Source: an uncultured Candidatus Saccharibacteria bacterium
GTDB lineage: Bacteria; Patescibacteriota; WWE3; CAZQFB01
Reading direction: 5' to 3'
Assembly (NCBI GenBank): GCA_964592525.1
Contig: CAZQFB010000001.1
Coordinates: 279,299-343,298, forward strand
DNA length: 64,000 nucleotides
Below, piece by piece: positions 58,233 through 64,000 of this stretch. The position numbers were made by a program, and so were the translations under genes. The notes under the pieces are model-generated. The model saw only the letters and a program-made list of their open reading frames with translations. It was not told where the DNA came from and did no database searches. Within the stretch, counting starts at the first letter, position 1; the number at the start of each line of letters is the position of its first letter.

Positions 58233-58831
58233 CAGAGCATCTCAAGCGATTGGTACATCCTCTCGTATATTTGGAGAGCTTCTGCTTCTTTCTCTTCTGG
58301 ATAGGTTACAAAGATAGTGTAAATCTTAGCGCCCGCTGCAGCGGTGTCTCTGATGATGGCTTGTCTTTGGTTCCTTTGCACAAAATCAATTTCCAGACCA
58401 GTATAATCACCTACCGTGAGCTCACCCAACACCGCAAACTCGCTTGGGTTGGCCAGATAGTAATCTTGCTGTTCTTGCAGGGACATGAAATTAACGTCAC
58501 TGTTTCTAAACACAGTGACGACAATGCTTTGAGGGTTGGTGGTATCAGAAGTATCGGCAAAAGTGACGGTTTGTAATTCTTCGCTAAACCAACCTTCCGG
58601 ATACTTAAGACTAAAACCCCAAGTCTCACTAGTATAGGTAAGCCACCGTTGTTCAGGTGGGTTTATTTTATCGGTTAAATCCACTAGCGTGGCTGGATGG
58701 GGTGCTTTATGAGGCGATATTTTTGGCCACCACACAAACACCAAAACCGCCAGCAAGATGATAACCAGCAAAAATATTAGTGGTTTATGGGTAGCACCTT
58801 TGCCTTCTTGGTGGTTGGTATTATTTTTCAT
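58232..58831 (-). CDS. hypothetical membrane-anchored protein
   Basis: ATG 58831; N-terminal TM then soluble domain; co-operonic with 57936..58232. Confidence 0.45.
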   Translation of the reverse strand: MKNNTNHQEGKGATHKPLIFLLVIILLAVLVFVWWPKISPHKAPHPATLVDLTDKINPPEQRWLTYTSETWGFSLKYPEGWFSEELQTVTFADTSDTTNPQSIVVTVFRNSDVNFMSLQEQQDYYLANPSEFAVLGELTVGDYTGLEIDFVQRNQRQAIIRDTAAAGAKIYTIFVTYPEEKEAEALQIYERMYQSLEML

Positions 58832-59201
58832 TAACCTACGCCCTCCTTTAATATAAAGTATATCAAATTAGGGGGTATTGCCAACGGAACCTATGACCTT
58901 TTTATCCAAGCAGGTTTTAGTCCGATAAACTGCTTAATATTTATGTGTAATTAGGTATGGGTCTCTTGGTATATTTATTCAACCTACTCAACTTTGGAGG
59001 TTATATGACCAGCATCACAGCGCCTTTACAACCTCCAAGGGTAGTTAAGATTTTGGGTTTGAAAGCATGTGGCTTTGAGCTATACTTATTATGTACCTGG
59101 TGTTGTGGGGTGGGTATAACTTTGGGTTGCCCTCTTCCCCAGGTAATACCCACCCCACCATTTTTACTTTAGCTATAACTAAGCGTTATAATTGAGTTGT
59201 T

Positions 59202-59597
59202 ATGATTAACTTCAAAAGAGAGAAAAACCCAAGTCTCCCCCAAATCGGTTTCTTGCAAGCTGGTGGGCTTTTGGCTTATTGCTTTCTGGTGGCAATGATA
59301 ATGTGGCGAGGTGATGAGTTATTTGGCAAAGCCGATACTTACATGACTCCAGTAATGGTGCTGACTCTTTTTGTGGTAAGTGCCCTGATTTGCGCTCTAA
59401 TTTCACTTGGGTATCCATCATACCTAGCCCTTGAGAAAAAGAGACTTAAGGATGCTCTCACTGTTATTTACCACACGGCTTTGTGGTTGGTGTTTGCTCT
59501 AATATTACTCATGGGGTATTTATTGGTTATTAAGCAAGATCATTCTTCTCCCGCTTCTAACCAAGCACAAGAGCAAAATACTGATCTTCAGCCGTAA
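59202..59597 (+). CDS. hypothetical small membrane protein (3-4 TM)
   Basis: ATG 59202; hydrophobic profile only. Confidence 0.4.
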   Translation: MINFKREKNPSLPQIGFLQAGGLLAYCFLVAMIMWRGDELFGKADTYMTPVMVLTLFVVSALICALISLGYPSYLALEKKRLKDALTVIYHTALWLVFALILLMGYLLVIKQDHSSPASNQAQEQNTDLQP

Positions 59598-59911
59598 AAA
59601 AGTCTATTTGTGTACGCCTTTCTTTGTTTAGATTCTGGCTTGAGAAGCTATCTTCGGCTTGTTCAGACCGATTATTCAATCCATATTCAACTCTAGGGGT
59701 TATATAGCCAGTAACAACGAATCTTAATAACCTCCAAGGTTAGTAACCTATCTTCCGTATTAAAATGAAGTTAGAACCCACCACTTGTGAAATCTTTAAA
59801 CCCCTTGTCTGGAATACACCCATAACCACTTCTCAATATCTATGTAACCGCCACACTGAACTGAAATGCAGTTTAATCTGTATTAATATTAAGTATCAAT
59901 AAAGCATTAAG

Positions 59912-62900
59912 ATGAGAATTGAAAAAGTAACTATAATTTTACGTTTAGTTGTTATTCCAATAATAGGATGTCTGTCTCTACTACTTGATCCAACGCCGTC
60001 ATTAGCGCAGAGTGACTATTTTGATGCCTGGAATCAGCTGGAGCTGCTAAATCAGGAACAATATCTTGAGGACCAGCTGATTATTACTCTTAGTTCAGCT
60101 TCTTCCCCTGAAGCCTTGGGGCTCCTGCACCAAGAAATAAATTCTGAAGTATTGGGTGTGAATATCCCGCTAGGGTTGCAAATAGTAAAAATAAATAATC
60201 TCACACTTAAGGAAGCTATTGAACATTATTCACAGTCCGAACATGTAGTCAACATTGAGCTTGACCAAGTGACACACCTTTCTGGTACCGTAGATGATAC
60301 TTATTTTATTTCCGATGATCAATGGGCTCTTGAGGATATTCATGCTCCAGAGGCATGGGATATAAGTACCGGTTTGGGTGTTACGATTGCGATCTTGGAT
60401 TCTGGAGCAGATTCTGACCACGAGGATTTGGTAGGCAATTTAGTTAGCGGTTACAACTTTGTGGATAATAATACTAACACAGATGATGTTGTTTGTGGTC
60501 ATGGAACAATGGTTTCAGGAATAGCGGCTGCGGTTGGTAATAATGCAACGGGATTAGCCGGGGTGGCCTATCATGCCTCCATCATGCCAGTGAAGATTCT
60601 GGATAATTCCTGCAATGGTTCTGTAAGCAATATAGTATCAGGCATTACTTACGCTGTTGATAACGGCGCCGATTTAATTAATTTAAGTGTTGGAGTGTAC
60701 GGTGCCACCAGTTCACTTGAGTCCGCCGTGAATTACGCGGAAAATAATAATGTCCTTATTGTTACTTCAGCTAACAATAGCAGTGAACCCTATGAATCTA
60801 ACAATTGGTATCCAGCTTTATACCCTTCTACTTTGGTTGTGACATCACATGACCAATCAGATGAGGTGTACAGTACCTCAAATGTTGGTGGTAATGTTGT
60901 TTCGGCTCCAGGCGTTTCTATAAGAACGACCTACAACAATGGATCATATGGTTATTTTTCTCTCACTTCTGCTTCAGCGCCAATAGTGGTAGGCGTTGCC
61001 GCTTTAATTAAATCTGCCAATTCAAATCTAACCGGTAATCAACTATGCTGGCTCATTAAAAACGAAGCTACGGATATAGGGGACACTGGTCGCGATTTCA
61101 TTTTTGGATATGGGAAGGTTGATGCTGAAGCAGCAGTGGCTCAAGCCAACAACGATTCCTATAGCTACCCATCTTCGGGTTGTGAGGCTGAAGTTACCCC
61201 AACTTATGGTTGGGTTATTGAATATGGGGGGGAGAACATTGACAACGATCTTGAAGGAAACTTATATCTATCTTCTGATACTTCTTCTACCTTGGGATAT
61301 ACAAAATACTCTCCCAACGGGGACTTAATTTTTGAAAAAGATTTGGGTACGGGTGGTTCTAACCACGATATCTTTGTTGATGATACCGGTGTTACCTTAC
61401 TAACGGGTGAATATTCAGCTCAAGTTGATTTTAATGCTTCCGAAGAACAAGATACCAAAGAACCCAATAATGTTGATTTATTTATAACAAAGTACAAAGC
61501 TGATGGTTCATATGGTTGGACAAGAACAGCAGCTGGAGCAAGCTCGGCTCAAGCAAAGGGTTATGGAGTTACTGCCGATCAAAATGGAAATATCACCGCA
61601 GTAGGGGAGTTTAGGCAAACAGTAGATTTCGACGATTCTGCTGGAGTGGATGAACATTCTCACGGAAGTTCATGGAAATCAATATTTATTACTCATTATG
61701 ACTCAGACAGTAATTACCTTTGGACGAAGTCTTTAGTACCACAATCTTATGTATATAGTGCTGGTTTGGATGTGATTACAGATAGCAGTAACAACATAAT
61801 CGTGGTTGGTACTTTTGGAAGTACGGTTGATTTTGATCCTGGTGAGAGCGAGGTTATAAAAGATGGGGGATCTAAACTTGATGGATTTATTGTTTCTTTT
61901 CAAGAAGATGGTGTGTTTAGCTGGGCAAAATCATTCGGCAACAGCTCCGAATCGGTTTGGGTTAATGCGGTAACCGTAGACGAATCAAATAATGTTTATA
62001 CTACCGGATATTTTGGTGGGACTGTTGACTTTAATGACAGTGGTGGTGTGGATGAACACATTGCGGTTGGTGACAAAGATGTGTTTATTACAAAATACTC
62101 CTCATCAGGAGAATATGGTTGGACCAGGACTTTTGGAGGTAGTGGTGAGGATCTTGGTAATGACCTTGCGGTGAGTACTGATGGGAGAGTGTTGGTGGTG
62201 GGAACTTACGAAAACACTGTTGATTTTGATACATCAGCGGGAGAACACGAGTTTTCTTCTTATGGGGGATATTCAGATATTTTTATCAGCACCCACACCA
62301 CTGAGGGGGTGTATATTTCCACAGATACTTATGGTGGGGGTAGAGATGATACTGTGACGGGTATAGCTTTGGATACGAGCAACAATTATGTGATTGTTGG
62401 TGAATATCGGGGTGCGGTTGACTTTTCTAACGATGATACAAACTATTTTCTGTCAAGCGCTTGGGGCAGGTATACATCAAAGTATGCCATTGATCAAACC
62501 TCTCCCGGCTTATCAGTTACCGAAACTTCTCCTGGTACAGATACCACCCCGGTTTTAAGTGGTACTAGTAGTGAATCTTCGGGAATAACGTTTTTGGTGG
62601 AATACCAGATAGATAGCACTGAAGGTGCGTGGACAACTTGCACGGCTGTTGACGGGAGTTTTGAAGAATCTATTGAAGAATTCAGTTGTCAAGTAGAGAA
62701 CCCCTTGTCAGGTGGGGTGCACACAGCATATTTCAGAGCCACGGATGGTTCGGGCAACACTACGCCCTTAGGTAGTTACACGGAATCACTTTTTACCATT
62801 GATTTTGAAGGGCCAATAAAGTCTATCTTCACGTCCCATGATCAAGATGGTTACATTAACACTAGGGATGTCCTATTAAACATTTCCGCTACTGATGAAA

Positions 62901-63991
62901 TATCTAATGTTGCATACATGATGCTCAGCGAAAGCGAAGCTTTTGCTGATGCATCTTGGCAAACATACTCGTCAAGCACACAATTTTCTGTATCAGAGGG
63001 AGATGGTGTAAAAAGGATTTATATTAAATTTAAGGATGATCTAGATAATGAATCAAGCACCTCATATCAAGATGTCATTATAGATACTAAAGCTCCACAT
63101 AAGTTTAGTTTTCAAACTCAAGATAGAATGTTTAAAAGTGACTCTGGAAAACATGTTGTACGTGCAGTTCCAAATGGTGGTTACACTGTTGATAACGAAG
63201 TAGCTCTATCCTGGAAAAATGAAAGTGATGCAACTTCTGGTGTGGACAAATATGAAGTTTACTATCGTGAAATAGGAGACAGAAAATGGGAATTGGTTGA
63301 AGAGGTGGAAGGTACCGAAGATGTTGTGGTGTTAGAGGTCTCGGTAGGAGATTATGAGTGGTATGTAATTGCTCATGATATAGCTGGCAATACTAGAGAA
63401 ACTGATATTTACACATTTTACGTAATTGATTCTATGGGTGGTGCTGGAGCTAATATACACTTAGTTAATGGGGTATCACCGAGCAGTGGTTTTGTTTATC
63501 TTGGGGTTAGTGAGATCCTTGATGTTGAAGGAGTGGCTGATAAAAATAGTGAGGTTATTGTGGAGATATATAGTCCAGATGGAGCAGTTAAGTATCAAGA
63601 GATCATTTGTGCTACTGATATAGGTGGTGAGTTTGAGTGTAAAGATCAAGCACAAATACTTTCTAATTACTTATTAAGAATTTATTCCAAGAACAAAGCT
63701 AATGAGGAGTCAGCTAAAACTGAAATTAACTTAGTTATTGGTAATCAACCCCAGCTTGCCAGGTCAGATAACACAAAAACCAACATAATTGAAGGAGAGG
63801 ATGAACAATCTAAGGAACAGCCACTGTTGGAAGAAGATTCTAAGGAAGGCTCAAGCGGTTATGAGGTTGATCAGAATACGGCTGCAGACACTCGGCTGGG
63901 AGATGATAAAGCTGAGCTTGAAACATCAAACAAGCCTAAGGAACCCAACCTATTTAGGCGATTTATTAATTGGCTTAATCCTTTCAATTAG
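59912..63991 (+). CDS. secreted subtilisin-like serine protease (peptidase S8) with long C-terminal region of beta-propeller (SBBP-like ...TVDFD...) repeats and Ig-like domains
   Basis: Asp AILDSGAD, His GHGTMVSG, Asn VTSANNS, Ser SLTSASAPIVVG in order; signal peptide; repeated xTVDFDxSxG...GxDxxITKY modules; 1359 aa. Confidence 0.8.
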   Translation: MRIEKVTIILRLVVIPIIGCLSLLLDPTPSLAQSDYFDAWNQLELLNQEQYLEDQLIITLSSASSPEALGLLHQEINSEVLGVNIPLGLQIVKINNLTLKEAIEHYSQSEHVVNIELDQVTHLSGTVDDTYFISDDQWALEDIHAPEAWDISTGLGVTIAILDSGADSDHEDLVGNLVSGYNFVDNNTNTDDVVCGHGTMVSGIAAAVGNNATGLAGVAYHASIMPVKILDNSCNGSVSNIVSGITYAVDNGADLINLSVGVYGATSSLESAVNYAENNNVLIVTSANNSSEPYESNNWYPALYPSTLVVTSHDQSDEVYSTSNVGGNVVSAPGVSIRTTYNNGSYGYFSLTSASAPIVVGVAALIKSANSNLTGNQLCWLIKNEATDIGDTGRDFIFGYGKVDAEAAVAQANNDSYSYPSSGCEAEVTPTYGWVIEYGGENIDNDLEGNLYLSSDTSSTLGYTKYSPNGDLIFEKDLGTGGSNHDIFVDDTGVTLLTGEYSAQVDFNASEEQDTKEPNNVDLFITKYKADGSYGWTRTAAGASSAQAKGYGVTADQNGNITAVGEFRQTVDFDDSAGVDEHSHGSSWKSIFITHYDSDSNYLWTKSLVPQSYVYSAGLDVITDSSNNIIVVGTFGSTVDFDPGESEVIKDGGSKLDGFIVSFQEDGVFSWAKSFGNSSESVWVNAVTVDESNNVYTTGYFGGTVDFNDSGGVDEHIAVGDKDVFITKYSSSGEYGWTRTFGGSGEDLGNDLAVSTDGRVLVVGTYENTVDFDTSAGEHEFSSYGGYSDIFISTHTTEGVYISTDTYGGGRDDTVTGIALDTSNNYVIVGEYRGAVDFSNDDTNYFLSSAWGRYTSKYAIDQTSPGLSVTETSPGTDTTPVLSGTSSESSGITFLVEYQIDSTEGAWTTCTAVDGSFEESIEEFSCQVENPLSGGVHTAYFRATDGSGNTTPLGSYTESLFTIDFEGPIKSIFTSHDQDGYINTRDVLLNISATDEISNVAYMMLSESEAFADASWQTYSSSTQFSVSEGDGVKRIYIKFKDDLDNESSTSYQDVIIDTKAPHKFSFQTQDRMFKSDSGKHVVRAVPNGGYTVDNEVALSWKNESDATSGVDKYEVYYREIGDRKWELVEEVEGTEDVVVLEVSVGDYEWYVIAHDIAGNTRETDIYTFYVIDSMGGAGANIHLVNGVSPSSGFVYLGVSEILDVEGVADKNSEVIVEIYSPDGAVKYQEIICATDIGGEFECKDQAQILSNYLLRIYSKNKANEESAKTEINLVIGNQPQLARSDNTKTNIIEGEDEQSKEQPLLEEDSKEGSSGYEVDQNTAADTRLGDDKAELETSNKPKEPNLFRRFINWLNPFN

Positions 63992-64000
63992 TATCAAAAG

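Noticed and set aside
1-64000. CRISPR arrays, rRNA genes, transposases or integrases
   Set aside because: No short regularly spaced direct repeats, no rRNA-like conserved stretches and no transposase or integrase-like ORFs were seen. The only tandem repeat is the 438-bp coding duplication.

Overview
This looks like a compact bacterial genome of about 40-42% G+C. Genes are tightly packed and many start and stop codons overlap (ATGA/TAATG). TGA is used as a stop codon. The content fits a small-genome organism, plausibly a CPR/Patescibacteria-like bacterium, but that is an inference from gene content only.

Main blocks:
- Division/cell-wall cluster: mraY, then a divergent LysW-like small ORF, a fold-type-II PLP enzyme and an ATP-grasp ligase, followed by ftsW, murG, ftsQ, ftsA and ftsZ. 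No murC, murD, murE, murF, murB or ddl sits at the usual position.
- Housekeeping: ileS, a second SEDS protein (RodA-like), rplU, rpmA, lepB, tRNA-Val and uppS.
- Envelope glycosylation cluster: Wzx-like flippase, GT2 and GT4 glycosyltransferases, a Wzy-like ligase, a DUF2079 protein and a TPR membrane protein. tRNA-Thr and truB follow, then dedA.
- Two stretches with visibly elevated G+C carry orphan genes: 10.8-11.2 kb (a zinc-ribbon protein) and 28.9-30.5 kb (a Pro/Thr-linker secreted protein with a GC-rich terminator).
- Further genes: clpB, tRNA-Gly with an adjacent truncated tRNA-Gly-like fragment, PEBP/YbhB, a LysM protein, tRNA-Asp, lemA and htpX.
- A gatC-gatA-asnS-methyltransferase-gatB-polA operon with overlapping junctions. 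The PolA is Klenow-like and lacks a 5' nuclease domain.
- A ClpC/ClpE-type ATPase split into two overlapping ORFs at an A-run. Then rplS with a long acidic N-terminal extension, and yraN.
- An accessory-looking stretch: a DUF134/DUF5320 pair, an 845-aa PA14-like protein with a perfect 438-bp tandem duplication, three hypothetical genes and tRNA-Lys.
- Final block: mscS, a DUF59 protein, a D-2-hydroxyacid dehydrogenase, a DsbA-like protein, a DUF192 protein, small secreted and membrane ORFs, and a 1359-aa S8 subtilase with beta-propeller (SBBP-like) repeats.

I found no rRNA, CRISPR array, transposase or integrase. The most system-like novelty candidate is the LysW-like/PLP/ATP-grasp module fused to the fts operon.
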